Assembly (NCBI GenBank): GCA_963662275.1
Contig: OY759316.1
Span: 2,526,227 to 2,590,226 of the forward strand
From: Candidatus Cloacimonadales bacterium
GTDB lineage: Bacteria > Cloacimonadota > Cloacimonadia > Cloacimonadales > DAONDQ01
Direction: 5' to 3'
Length of the DNA stretch: 64,000 bases
The position numbers and the translations under genes are program-made. A model generated the notes under the pieces. The model saw nothing but the letters and a program-made list of their open reading frames with translations. It was not told where the DNA came from and ran no database searches. Shown piece after piece: positions 1 to 10,543 of this stretch (positions within the stretch are counted from its first letter, which is position 1; each line of letters opens with the position of its first letter).

Positions 1-54
1 GAGTAATCCCTTTAAATGGGATATCTCAGAATCGACTAAAAATCTTAATAAAGA

Positions 55-1143
55 GTGATAATGTTAGAATTGATACCCCGCATTCTTGGATATAAATTGT
101 TTTACGCCATTGGCTTTCCCAAGCTCATGCCGATGAATTATACAGTTAGCCTTCTGTATGAATGCAACTCCAAATGCAGCACCTGTAATATCTGGAAAAA
201 GAAGACAGATAAACTGACTGCTGCAGAGTATGGAAAGATGTTCAAAAATATCGGTCATTCTCCCTACTGGATCACATTCAGCGGTGGCGAACCTTTCCTC
301 AGGGCTGATCTTGCAGAAGTAGTAAAAACGATCTATGATGCTTCCTATCCAAAAATTATCAATATTCCGACAAATGGCATCCTGACCAATAAAATTGTCA
401 AGGATGTGGAAAAAATATGTAACGCCTGTCCGAAGAGCCAAGTCATTATCAATGTTTCATTGGATGGTATCGATACTGAACATGACAACATCCGCAATGT
501 ACCGGGTAATTATAAAAAATCTGTTACCACTTTCAAGAAACTGAAGTCTCTTGAATTGAAGAATTTGGCAGTTGGAATTCATACTGTCATATCGCAGTTT
601 AATGTGGATAATTTCACCTACATTGCCAGTAATCTGATGGCATTGGAACCGGACTCATATATCACTGAAATTGCTGAAGAAAGGGTAGAGTTGGATACGA
701 TTGGGATGGAAATTACGCCAAGTATCCTGGCATACAAATCAGCGATAGATTTTCTGATACATCGAATCAAGAATGGAAAGTTTAAAGGTGTGAATAAGAT
801 CACCATGGCATTCCGTATCGAATACTACAACCTGGTCAAGCGTATCCTCCGTGATAAGAAACAGATCATTCCCTGTTATTCAGGACTTGCATCCGCACAA
901 ATATCCCCCGCTGGTGATTTGTGGAGTTGCTGCATCAAAGCAAAAACCCATGGCAATCTTAAAAAAAATGGGTTTGATTTCAGGAAGTTATGGTTTAGTC
1001 CTGATATGAATAAAGAAAGACTGTCCATTAAAAATAAACAATGCTGGTGTCCACTGGCTAACGCTTCCTATACGAACATGTTGATGGATTTTCCAACACT
1101 GTTCAGGGTTTTTCATCGCAGTTTTCTGAAATGGTGGACTTGA
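55..1143 (+). CDS. Radical SAM protein with SPASM/twitch-like C-terminal domain
   Basis: CxxxCxxC motif (CNSKCSTC), SGGEPFLR motif, C-terminal Cys cluster (CYSG...WSCC...CWCPLAN). Start is GTG 55 or ATG 61. Confidence 0.85.
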   Translation: MIMLELIPRILGYKLFYAIGFPKLMPMNYTVSLLYECNSKCSTCNIWKKKTDKLTAAEYGKMFKNIGHSPYWITFSGGEPFLRADLAEVVKTIYDASYPKIINIPTNGILTNKIVKDVEKICNACPKSQVIINVSLDGIDTEHDNIRNVPGNYKKSVTTFKKLKSLELKNLAVGIHTVISQFNVDNFTYIASNLMALEPDSYITEIAEERVELDTIGMEITPSILAYKSAIDFLIHRIKNGKFKGVNKITMAFRIEYYNLVKRILRDKKQIIPCYSGLASAQISPAGDLWSCCIKAKTHGNLKKNGFDFRKLWFSPDMNKERLSIKNKQCWCPLANASYTNMLMDFPTLFRVFHRSFLKWWT

Positions 1144-1176
1144 TAACGTTCTATCATTTGCTGAAGGGATGGTTAC

Positions 1177-2613
1177 ATGTTGAGTATTAAGGCATCATCT
1201 GCAAATCATGAAAGCAATATATTTTTTTCAACCTATTTCCAGGGGAAAAGCAATTTTATAGCTCTTGCCACCCATACTTCCCTAAAAAGCGAATTATATG
1301 ATCAAATTAATTCTTTCATAATTAACGAATTACTTCTGCAGGATTTAGAGAATTCCACAAAAGATAAAGTGGAAGAAGCTTTAAAAGAGTTCTTTGTTGA
1401 ATTGAACTGGAAACTATATGCTAAATTCAGACAAACCAATCTTCCCGAACAGGGAATTTCCTTACTCCTTGCCTTAGTTTTCAATAATGACGTTTATCTT
1501 GTCCAATTCGGACGAATGCTATGCTGTACGATTTGTGGAAAGAAACTGACTGAGGTAGGAAGACCTTGGGAAAATTTTCATGTAAAATCTAAGAACGATC
1601 TATTCCTGCTGGGCAGCATTGATGATAATATCCCGGTGAAGGTACTCCAAGTTGAATTGAAGCCGGGAATGTATTTCTTCTGTCTTCCTTCCACCCACAC
1701 AGATAACTTTAGCCGACAAATCGACGATGAAGTATTACCGTTACAATATCTGTTTAATTTGTATGTGGATACTCCATTCCCCTATTTTACCCTGGGGGCA
1801 GATATCAAGAAATTGAGTAAGAAGAAGTCCTTTTTCCGCAGGAAAAAGTTTAGAATTACTGCTATTATCGCAGCTATACTCATTACTATTGCCATCTTAT
1901 ATGTGAAACAAGGCAACAACTTTATCCAGGAATACATCAATCGTATGCGTTTGTTATTCAAACATCAGAACCAAATTATTCAATTGACACATGTTTTGGA
2001 TAATGCAACACCGCAATTGGAAAAACAGATCAAGCAGATAGAAAAAGTTGCTATGTCTCCTGCAAGAGCAATAGGTTTGAAATCTCAAGTCATCGGAAAT
2101 CTTGCTTATCCTGTTACTACAGAACCGCAATGGGATATTGATAACATCTATCTGACAAGCCATAACAGGTTGATCGCCCTTGATAAGAGAACTCGTATTG
2201 TTAAGTGGGAAAAGCAATTTGGTAATGAACTTCTTTTCGTCAAGAAAGTAGAAGATAAAGAATTGCTTGTTATGGAAAAGAATAAGCAGATAATGCTCAT
2301 TCACAGTGATGGAAAAGAAGCCTGGAAGAACAGCTCTATTCAATACAAATCTACAATTGAGTATCCTTCTAAATACACATCTCCCTATGAGATTACATAT
2401 CGAGAAGATGCCAGGCTTAATGGTAGTGTCCTGGTTTTCAAAGCCATAGATTTGATTTATATCGTTAATTCTCTGACTGGTGAAATGATTTCCAAATATC
2501 GTTTCAATGAATCCATCGACTTCATCAGCAGCTATGATCCTTTAGATCATTGCTTTTATTTAATCATAGATCGGTCGCTGGTAAAACTCACTCTCGAAAT
2601 TAAAAGCTGGTAG
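1177..2613 (+). CDS. Membrane-anchored protein: degenerate PP2C/SpoIIE-like N-domain, single TM helix, C-terminal PQQ-like beta-propeller
   Basis: N-terminal spacing resembles PP2C (GISLLLALVFNNDVYLVQFG..., ELKPG...). Basic patch KKLSKKKSFFRRKK precedes a hydrophobic helix. C-terminal 'LIALDKRTRIVKWE' and 'IVNSLTGEMISK' resemble PQQ/BamB blades. Confidence 0.5.
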   Translation: MLSIKASSANHESNIFFSTYFQGKSNFIALATHTSLKSELYDQINSFIINELLLQDLENSTKDKVEEALKEFFVELNWKLYAKFRQTNLPEQGISLLLALVFNNDVYLVQFGRMLCCTICGKKLTEVGRPWENFHVKSKNDLFLLGSIDDNIPVKVLQVELKPGMYFFCLPSTHTDNFSRQIDDEVLPLQYLFNLYVDTPFPYFTLGADIKKLSKKKSFFRRKKFRITAIIAAILITIAILYVKQGNNFIQEYINRMRLLFKHQNQIIQLTHVLDNATPQLEKQIKQIEKVAMSPARAIGLKSQVIGNLAYPVTTEPQWDIDNIYLTSHNRLIALDKRTRIVKWEKQFGNELLFVKKVEDKELLVMEKNKQIMLIHSDGKEAWKNSSIQYKSTIEYPSKYTSPYEITYREDARLNGSVLVFKAIDLIYIVNSLTGEMISKYRFNESIDFISSYDPLDHCFYLIIDRSLVKLTLEIKSW

Positions 2614-2628
2614 GTGCTGCAGAAGAGG

Positions 2629-3747
2629 CTAGAGACCCAAATATTCCCTCTTAAATCTATTAAATAGCTCCTTGACACTAATAATTTCTTTATTCAAAAA
2701 TCCATTACTTCCAGAACAGCAAATTCCTTCTTCAACATTCCCCTGTTGAGCATTAATTAATGCCTGTGCGATACAAAAAGAGACTTCATTGAACTTGCAT
2801 GTATGAAGACATTGGTAGTGACATGATTTAGGCTTCTTCATACCTTTCAGGACAAGATCGATGAACTTGGTTTTCAAGACACGCAGCGGTAAACCGACAG
2901 GACTTTGGATTACGGTGATATCATCTTCAGAACATGCCTTGAGATATTGATTCTTGAATTCCTGGCTGGCATCACATTCATCGGTAGTAATGAACCGGGT
3001 TCCTATTTGTGCACCTGCAGCACCCATATCAACGAACTTCTTGATATCAGCACCGGTTTGTACACCCCCTGCTACAAATACAGGTATCCTCTTCCCATAC
3101 ATTTTTTCATAATTGTTTGTCACAATCAGTACTTTAGGTAACTGCTGTTCCAGATTAAAGTCATTCTTACCAATTTCGTCAAGCTTTACACCCTGGTGTC
3201 CGCCTGAATATGGACTTTCAAGTACAACAGCATCCGGTATGTATTGATAGGATTTGAACCATTTACGGATCAGTAAATCCAAGGCTCTATCCGTTGAAAC
3301 AATAGGTACAAGCTTTGTCTTTGATCCTGTGGTTAGAAATTCCGGTAAATTCAAAGGTAACCCTGCACCGCAGATGATCATATCCACTTGTTCTTTGATA
3401 GCTACTTGTACCATATCGGCAAAGTTAGTCAATGCTACCATTATATTGACGGCAAGAACACCTTTAGTCAATTCTCTGGCTTTCCGAATCTCATTAGCAA
3501 GTGCTCTTCTATGTGCTTCCAGCGGATTGGTTTTAAAATCGAATTCACGAAAACCTGGAGCCACTCCGGATATAGTTCCCACACCACCTTCATTGGCTAC
3601 TGCCGCAGCTAAATGAGAAAATGAGACTCCAATTCCCATACCACCCTGGATAATTGGTACATTTAGCACCAAATCACCAATATTTGTTTGTTTCATCGAG
3701 ATTTTTAATTCTTCGAAACGTTGAACAACTGACTGAAGAGCGTTCAT
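2629..3747 (-). CDS. Nitronate monooxygenase / FabK-like flavin oxidoreductase family protein
   Basis: PIIQGGMGIGVS, AAAVANEGGVGTIS, GGHQG, AGGV, GAAGAQIGTRF motifs. ATG at 3747 has an AGGAG RBS; the ORF track extends to 3804. Confidence 0.85.
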   Translation of the reverse strand: MNALQSVVQRFEELKISMKQTNIGDLVLNVPIIQGGMGIGVSFSHLAAAVANEGGVGTISGVAPGFREFDFKTNPLEAHRRALANEIRKARELTKGVLAVNIMVALTNFADMVQVAIKEQVDMIICGAGLPLNLPEFLTTGSKTKLVPIVSTDRALDLLIRKWFKSYQYIPDAVVLESPYSGGHQGVKLDEIGKNDFNLEQQLPKVLIVTNNYEKMYGKRIPVFVAGGVQTGADIKKFVDMGAAGAQIGTRFITTDECDASQEFKNQYLKACSEDDITVIQSPVGLPLRVLKTKFIDLVLKGMKKPKSCHYQCLHTCKFNEVSFCIAQALINAQQGNVEEGICCSGSNGFLNKEIISVKELFNRFKREYLGL

Positions 3748-4042
3748 TTTATCTCCTGCTTTTCTTGCTATTTGTGAATTGCATATAAATTCTAAAGGTA
3801 ACATGACAAAATAGATAGACTTTGGATAGGAACAAAATTCAAAACAGCGATAAGCAGTTATTTTCTGAATCGTTGCTTTTCAAATCTCATGCTTACACAA
3901 TTAATCATCTCAATTATGAGTGAGAATTACCTCTAATCCACTAAATTATATATATAATAATGCATCAAACATTCCAGTCAAGAAGTAATTATGAATTAAA
4001 TGGATACAAACTTAAAAACATGTCTCTGGAGCACTATCATTT

Positions 4043-4092
4043 GATGGTGCTGCGTGCTCTTTTCGAGGACGTATTCTCTTCAGCGGCATTTC
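4043..4092. repeat. 50-bp dispersed repeat (copies at 4043-4092, 15481-15530, 27521-27570)
   Basis: GATGGTGCT(G/A)CGT(G/A)CTCTTTT(C/A)GAGGACGTATTCTCTTCA..GGCATTTC occurs three times, with an internal imperfect hairpin. Confidence 0.85.
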
Positions 4093-4263
4093 GACACTTC
4101 GACACAGCTCAGTGGAACCTTCGCACAATGACCGAATACGAAGCAGCACTTCACCTACAATCTTCTGCTCTACCCTTCTACTTTCAGCAGCAGCATTTCT
4201 TTGTCACATGAAAAACGACTATCAACGGACACTTATTAACTTAACGCACCTTCTTGCAGACAA

Positions 4264-4325
4264 GTAGAGACGCCCAAGTTGGGCGTCTCTACAAGGGCAG
4301 GATAAACACATGTGTTTATCCCTAC
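4264..4325. repeat. Pair of GTAG-type REP-like palindromes (BIME-like)
   Basis: GTAGAGACGCCC-AAGTT-GGGCGTCTCTAC (4264-4292) and a perfect 22-bp palindrome GGATAAACACATGTGTTTATCC followed by CTAC (4300-4325). Confidence 0.75.
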
Positions 4326-4334
4326 AATATTTTT

Positions 4335-7300
4335 TTATTTCAGCATCAGCATCTTATGTGTAAAGCACTTTCCTCCTGCCTCCAGGCGATAGAAATACAC
4401 ACCTGTCGCTACAGGTTTGCCAAATGAGTTTTTACCTTCCCATACTACTTTGAATTTACCCGGTTCATATTTCTGATTCACCAGTTCTTTCACAAGCTGA
4501 CCACGGATATTATAAATCCTGATCAATACCTTCGCTGCTTTAGGTACTCCAAATTCTATTGTGGTCGTGGGATTGAACGGATTCGGATAATTCCTGCTCA
4601 AATATACAGCCGTCGGGATAGAGGATGGCGTTTCTTCCTGTATATCGTAGAGAGCATCCAGCTTTAACCGGTTTTCTTCATGCTTAACCTTGTACGTCTG
4701 AAGATCAGGATAATGATACTGGGAAAAACTTGTGATCAGAGGTCTTTTTGACTCATCCAAATCACGCAGGATATACACAATTTCCATATCCATAACTGCT
4801 TCCAGGGAATCAGCTTCCGATATTGGATTAGCAATTCTTTCCTTGATTATATCAGTAGCTGCCTGATAATCTTTCTGTGCCAGGTATGTATTTGCCTGGT
4901 AAGCTTTCATCAGGCGAATCAATCCTATTGAATCTTCAGGTGAAGTTGCAGAAATTTCCAAATCATAATAGGCGATTAATTCATCAAGGTTGAGATTTGC
5001 CTGTTTTGCAATTTTGAAGATGCTTGGGATGCATAAATCCCAGAAAGCTTTTTCATCAGGCAATCTTTCACTTAAAATCTGTTTGTAAAGCAAAAATGCA
5101 GCGGTACAATCATTCGCATCTTCAAAAGCTAAAGCCTGTTCATATCTTGAACTAGGTGTCGCAAAAGCAGTTAACATATTAGGGGCGGGATCGCAATTAC
5201 CCACATCTATCACATCATGATGTTCCGGAGAATAAACAACCGCATTATCATCAGGTCCAAGAATTGGACTTAATGACCAATAATTACCGGACGCCCTGAT
5301 ATGACCTCTATCAAGACCATGATAATCATAGTTTGTACTAAAACGGAAGTCATAACATGCGCCGGCATGAATAAAATCATTATGCCCATTCAGCATTTCG
5401 ATTGTTGAACAATAGGTAGCATTTGCATAGGTGGAATCAGCATAAAAATAGACATTCTGCCATATATTATTAAAAACATTTGATGCATCGTAACTGCAAT
5501 CAATAAGTGAATTCTGATGACTGACAATCCCTGATTCATTACAATTTAAATAATTCGCTTCCAGTCTTGCCTGAGAACCGCGACTTTCAATAGCGCGTTT
5601 TAAAGCTGTGAATGTGCAGTTCCTGATATTTTCTTTTCCCCGCTGACCCGATATCGTTTGGACGTTATCGAGGTAGATACCGGTATTATTGGAAGAAGTC
5701 GGGCTTTCAAAGTCACATGCATCAACCAGGGGAATATATACATGTGTGTCAATACCCAATCCCTGGTTGCTAATCGTGAAATTGCATTGCCTGATTTTTG
5801 CCAGTCCGCCGGTTCCGGTTATAAAGATACCAGTTCTACAGCCCGTAAAGCTGCATGCTGTAACCGAATCCGCTTTATCTGCGGATAAACTGTATTCAAT
5901 ACCGGTAGTTAAGTTCGAGAATACTGTCCATGCACAGCTCAGAGGATTTTCCGTACTTTTCATCGAAATCCCGGTCGTTCTAGTTGTTTCTCTTTGTCCT
6001 TGAATATGATTTTCATATTCTTCAAGACCGGAAAGGATAATCTCGTCTGAAGAATGGCGATTGGTTATCTCAATTCCGGTTCCATTTGTAGGAATATAGA
6101 TATCCGTATTCTCCATTGCGAAGCTTGATCCATTCAGGGAAAATGCTTTTTCCGCCTTATATATAGTGCTGGAAGATATATTAATATGACTGCCGTTACT
6201 TGTGATCCCCTTCCAGTTACCACCGCATTTCAAGTTAAATTGGGAATTATTGATCGATAATTCACCACCGATTAAGCTGATAAATGTCGAATCACTCATA
6301 TCACATTCAGTATCCTGAATTACTAATGCACCACCCTGGCTGACATAAATCTTTCCCGCCAGGTCTGCGATGAGTTTTGACTTACGAAAGTGATTTCCTG
6401 CGATATAGAGAGTTGAACCGTTTTGCACATAAATCCTGCTGTGATTGAGAATATTTAACGTTCTCCCCGGATGTATCGTTACCTCTGCGCCATTTTGAAT
6501 ATGTACATCCCCTGTAACGAAGACACCACTGTCCACTGAATAATTGGCGGTAACATTTGGCTGCAGGACAGCCACGACTTGTCTCAGGCTTCCATCTCCT
6601 GCATCTATTGTACAATTGACAACCCGATTCGTATTCATAACCTGCAGATCATTGGAATAGGGATCATAAAGACCCAACCTGCCTCCATAGCGGGCAACAG
6701 CATCGGTAGTGAAAGTAAATTGCACTGTTTGCGGGTCTGCATCAGTAAAGGAATTATCTACATCCGGAGGAATAACCCCCGTTGCATTGTCACTTCTATG
6801 AACTGCTCTTCGATTGACAAGCATAAATGATGGATTATTTGCATTATCATGGTAATATCCGCATTGTACATATCCTTCATAATCACCTGTATGTATTGTA
6901 TTGTTTACAACTAAGTTTTGTAAAGATAACTCACTCATATTTACTTCAGGATGAAGACCTCCAACCATGATTGAATCAGCATTAACCCAAGTAAGTTCTT
7001 TAATTATTGGACCATAAAGATTTATTTTTTGGTTGGCATCTTTTAATGTTGTATATGCTCCCCTATGATTAGCGTTAGGAGGTTCAGGGTCTTGTAAGTT
7101 CGTATAAAATTCGTCATCATACGCAAGAGGTGCATAACAGACGAATGTATCATTTCTTAATAAAGGATCATCCAATGAATTGTCTTCTTCAGAGCGTGTA
7201 AATACTTGTGATCTGTTAGAAGTCATTCGATAACCAAATATGCCATCAGCACCATAACATAGAGGCAAGAATTGGAGACATTTTAACATGCTGCGAGGTG

Positions 7301-8924
7301 GCGTAATATATCTCCAATAATGTCCACCTGTTGAAGTAGAGGCATATTCACCCCAAATTTGGGGACAAAACAGAAGATCTGTGTCAGAATAGCTGCTATT
7401 ATGATGTATCAGGTTAGCGATTTGCAGATAGTTGCCAAGCACCATATTTTGAATTCTATTCTGAACCCACCAATCCTGGTGAAGAGTTGGAAGTGAATTC
7501 CATTGTGTTAAGACAGTACCCCATTCCTTAAATGGATAAGCATCCATCAGGATTCGCTTGGGGATTATTTCACTGGCAAATAATCCCGGATGATAGTATG
7601 CGGGATGAGAATCTGGCTTCACTACAGTCTCATCTGCGATATGTATTGCAGTGATTATTTTTTTGCCTTGTAAATCCATATAATCCTGCAGCAGTTTGTA
7701 AGTGTTAAATTGCCCCTGGAATGGCTCATCATAAGTATAGTAGAAGGCAACATTATTTTTTAAATTCAAGTTATTAATTTGTGTAAGTCTAGACCCTAAG
7801 CGAGTAAGATATGCTGAATTACTAGGATCAAGACGCATAGATCTGTGAAATTTATCCTCTAATGTTATGTAATCAATATATAGCGTTTTCAGACCACACC
7901 AGTAAATCTGGGGATTAATGTGTTTAAAATATCCACCTACCAATACCTCATCCCAAGGCGGGCAGGTTGCTGCTGGAGGTAAATCAACATAATACTCAAA
8001 TAAGCGAAACCCATTTCCTATATCTTCACCATCTGCATAATCATCATTCGTTATCGTTGTAGAGTAAGTGGAATAAACCGGAATTAATGTCAGGACATCA
8101 TAATTGTTAGCTTCATCATAAGCTCCATAAAGATCATTTACACTTGATTTCATGACTTTCAGTGAAATTGTAGCGATATCAGCGTTAGTAGTACCTACAT
8201 CCCATTTTAAAGCTACTGATAGATACAATTTGTTCTCCCCAATCGTAGTTCCTTTAAATTTCAGATCATATCCAATATAGCGAGGGTTAGGGCATGGGGT
8301 TACACCATCAGCCATATAATCTGGTTTCCAGCGAAAACGGGGACAATAGAGAGCTAGTCCTGCCACATGATAATAAGGGGCATTAGGATTACACATCCAG
8401 GCGTAATTATTTGAATAACCTCCAATGTTTGGATCGCTTCTCCCAGTATCGTGTTTAAAAACAGAATTATATTTATCATTCCCTGTATCAGCGACACCGT
8501 TTTGCATGAGCACATCAGGAGAAAAAACATGATCACCATTTGGTAGTAAATCATATTTGAGATTATACTCAGCTTCCATTTTCAAATAGTTGGAACAGGA
8601 TAAATTTGTGATACCGCTTGCTGAATTCGTCCAGAAATAATCCGATAGCACTGCATCAATGCTATTATCATCTAAAGCTGTCAGAGCAGGCTGGAGTTTA
8701 TTAATATCGCTATCAGTATCATTTCCAACTCCCATCGCAATAGAAGCTGCATTGAATCCGGCTGCATTAAGCAATTGTCCGAAATTCGAATAAACTGCAT
8801 TTGCATCTGGAGCATGCTGCAAATCTAACTGAGAATATACACCGTTCAAAAAAGAATCCGAATGTTTTGCAAAAACCAAGAAAAACATTGCCATCATAAT
8901 CATAACAAGTACAAGCTTTTTCAT
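4335..8924 (-). CDS. Large secreted multidomain protein (putative TIM-barrel/GH-like N-domain, beta-helix repeats, TPR-like segment, FlgD-Ig/T9SS-type CTD)
   Basis: Signal peptide MKKLVLVMIMMAMFFLVFA; YTYDEPF and MDAYPF motifs; periodic GIxI/xxNxF beta-helix-like repeats; helical segment near the C-terminus; CTD NYPNPFNPTTTIEF...IYNIRGQ...GVYFYRL...KMLMLK. The GGAGG RBS overlaps the stop of the upstream FG-GAP gene. Confidence 0.8.
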   Translation of the reverse strand: MKKLVLVMIMMAMFFLVFAKHSDSFLNGVYSQLDLQHAPDANAVYSNFGQLLNAAGFNAASIAMGVGNDTDSDINKLQPALTALDDNSIDAVLSDYFWTNSASGITNLSCSNYLKMEAEYNLKYDLLPNGDHVFSPDVLMQNGVADTGNDKYNSVFKHDTGRSDPNIGGYSNNYAWMCNPNAPYYHVAGLALYCPRFRWKPDYMADGVTPCPNPRYIGYDLKFKGTTIGENKLYLSVALKWDVGTTNADIATISLKVMKSSVNDLYGAYDEANNYDVLTLIPVYSTYSTTITNDDYADGEDIGNGFRLFEYYVDLPPAATCPPWDEVLVGGYFKHINPQIYWCGLKTLYIDYITLEDKFHRSMRLDPSNSAYLTRLGSRLTQINNLNLKNNVAFYYTYDEPFQGQFNTYKLLQDYMDLQGKKIITAIHIADETVVKPDSHPAYYHPGLFASEIIPKRILMDAYPFKEWGTVLTQWNSLPTLHQDWWVQNRIQNMVLGNYLQIANLIHHNSSYSDTDLLFCPQIWGEYASTSTGGHYWRYITPPRSMLKCLQFLPLCYGADGIFGYRMTSNRSQVFTRSEEDNSLDDPLLRNDTFVCYAPLAYDDEFYTNLQDPEPPNANHRGAYTTLKDANQKINLYGPIIKELTWVNADSIMVGGLHPEVNMSELSLQNLVVNNTIHTGDYEGYVQCGYYHDNANNPSFMLVNRRAVHRSDNATGVIPPDVDNSFTDADPQTVQFTFTTDAVARYGGRLGLYDPYSNDLQVMNTNRVVNCTIDAGDGSLRQVVAVLQPNVTANYSVDSGVFVTGDVHIQNGAEVTIHPGRTLNILNHSRIYVQNGSTLYIAGNHFRKSKLIADLAGKIYVSQGGALVIQDTECDMSDSTFISLIGGELSINNSQFNLKCGGNWKGITSNGSHINISSSTIYKAEKAFSLNGSSFAMENTDIYIPTNGTGIEITNRHSSDEIILSGLEEYENHIQGQRETTRTTGISMKSTENPLSCAWTVFSNLTTGIEYSLSADKADSVTACSFTGCRTGIFITGTGGLAKIRQCNFTISNQGLGIDTHVYIPLVDACDFESPTSSNNTGIYLDNVQTISGQRGKENIRNCTFTALKRAIESRGSQARLEANYLNCNESGIVSHQNSLIDCSYDASNVFNNIWQNVYFYADSTYANATYCSTIEMLNGHNDFIHAGACYDFRFSTNYDYHGLDRGHIRASGNYWSLSPILGPDDNAVVYSPEHHDVIDVGNCDPAPNMLTAFATPSSRYEQALAFEDANDCTAAFLLYKQILSERLPDEKAFWDLCIPSIFKIAKQANLNLDELIAYYDLEISATSPEDSIGLIRLMKAYQANTYLAQKDYQAATDIIKERIANPISEADSLEAVMDMEIVYILRDLDESKRPLITSFSQYHYPDLQTYKVKHEENRLKLDALYDIQEETPSSIPTAVYLSRNYPNPFNPTTTIEFGVPKAAKVLIRIYNIRGQLVKELVNQKYEPGKFKVVWEGKNSFGKPVATGVYFYRLEAGGKCFTHKMLMLK

Positions 8925-8932
8925 TTGACCTC

Positions 8933-10543
8933 CTACCTAATAATAGAGATTTTTTTTGTTTTAACCCGATTACCTGATTTTACCTGACAGAGATAGATAC
9001 CACTTGCCATTTTGCTGATATCCAGCATGAAGGTATCAGATATTTTGTTTTTATTTAAGTGTGTTTGCAGCACACATTGTCCCCTGATATTATAAATGCT
9101 GATGTCGATTGGATTTTTTTCACCGGCGGAGTTATCTTGCAGTTTAATTGCAATATATCGGTCATTAATCCTCACAGGATTAGGGCTGATACTCATGGTA
9201 ATTTGATTTGTAACAGTTGGACTTAGCGGATCATCAATACCAACCGTAGTATCAGCTAATTCTGTATTCCCTGCATACACATACACATACCCGCGATAAT
9301 CGGTGGCAAATTCGTAATCCGTTTCCGGGGCAGAAACGGCAATATCGCAGCATCCATCTGCATTGTAATCACCAGTAGTTAACCAGAATCCAAAATAGTC
9401 CAATGGGTTAGCGGAAATATATGGGGCTGTAATCAATAAATCAGAAATGCCATTGACCTGTGCTCTCCCCAGCCAGACTTGGAATTGATTGGCATAATAG
9501 TTGGTTCCGACAATATCATCGAAACCATCATTATTGAGATCGCCATATTTTAATGATTGCCCGAATTCACCACCCTGCCAGGGAGGATTGAGAGCGAGGT
9601 TAGGTATTGTGTCAGTTTCTGTCGCTCCCAGCCATATATTTAATCCGGCATTAGACTGATAACCCATAAAATCATCGATACCATCGCCATTAATATCTCC
9701 TAAGGGATTGCTTATTTTTGAAATACCAGCTTGAGTCTGTGTCAAAATCATATAATTGTTGAAATTACTTTCTGCATTTCCAAAATATAAAGTAATAAGG
9801 TGATAGCCGATATAGGGATCTGGATTCGTATATCCGATACTAAAATCATCAAATCCATCGTTATTAATATCCCCTATTCCATTAAATCCACTTGGATAAG
9901 ATGTACTGTGAGCACAGGAATTAGTAACATATTGTACAACAAAACTCCCACCCCATACGATATAATAAGATTCTCCGGGGGAAGAAGAACTGGTACTGAA
10001 TCCAACATCATCCTTCCCATCACCGTTAAAATCTCCTAATTCACCTACCAATCTTAAATTAGCTCCCGGATCCAATGTATACGGAATCAAGATATCCGGT
10101 TCTGAGGGAGCAGGATCACCACCCGTGTAAATGCGTAAAAAAAATCCTGTCGGCTGTAAATCAGGTTCATCTCCACCGATGTATAAATCATCATAGCCAT
10201 CACCATTTACATCCCCGATATTGACAACATTATGATATTGATAAGCATATTGCCCAAGCAAAGAGATATCTGCAACATTATCAAAATTAGTTCCACCAAA
10301 ATAGATATCTACTCTCCCCTTGGCTGAGGAAAAAGGAGCAGGATAGACATCTTTCCATTCCGGTGAACAGATAATTAAATCGTCAATACCATCATGATTA
10401 AAATCAAGAGTAGCCATCGTTTTACCAAATCTGGAATTATGATGTTCACCCTGCATTGATGTCATGATATCGAGGTGGTTAGTGGCGGAGAGGATGCTGG
10501 TGAAAAGAAGAACAGCTAAAACAACTAAAATACCTTTATCCAT
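8933..10543 (-). CDS. FG-GAP repeat beta-propeller secreted protein with CTD (paralog A)
   Basis: Signal peptide; repeated GD(V/F/I/L)NGDGxDD Ca-binding motifs; FG and SAP motifs; CTD SPNP...IYNIRGQ...SGIY...KKISIIR. Confidence 0.9.
   Translation of the reverse strand: MDKGILVVLAVLLFTSILSATNHLDIMTSMQGEHHNSRFGKTMATLDFNHDGIDDLIICSPEWKDVYPAPFSSAKGRVDIYFGGTNFDNVADISLLGQYAYQYHNVVNIGDVNGDGYDDLYIGGDEPDLQPTGFFLRIYTGGDPAPSEPDILIPYTLDPGANLRLVGELGDFNGDGKDDVGFSTSSSSPGESYYIVWGGSFVVQYVTNSCAHSTSYPSGFNGIGDINNDGFDDFSIGYTNPDPYIGYHLITLYFGNAESNFNNYMILTQTQAGISKISNPLGDINGDGIDDFMGYQSNAGLNIWLGATETDTIPNLALNPPWQGGEFGQSLKYGDLNNDGFDDIVGTNYYANQFQVWLGRAQVNGISDLLITAPYISANPLDYFGFWLTTGDYNADGCCDIAVSAPETDYEFATDYRGYVYVYAGNTELADTTVGIDDPLSPTVTNQITMSISPNPVRINDRYIAIKLQDNSAGEKNPIDISIYNIRGQCVLQTHLNKNKISDTFMLDISKMASGIYLCQVKSGNRVKTKKISIIR

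Noticed and set aside
3960-4211. 83-aa plus-strand ORF
   Set aside because: It is composed of dispersed repeat and REP sequence, with no coding signal.
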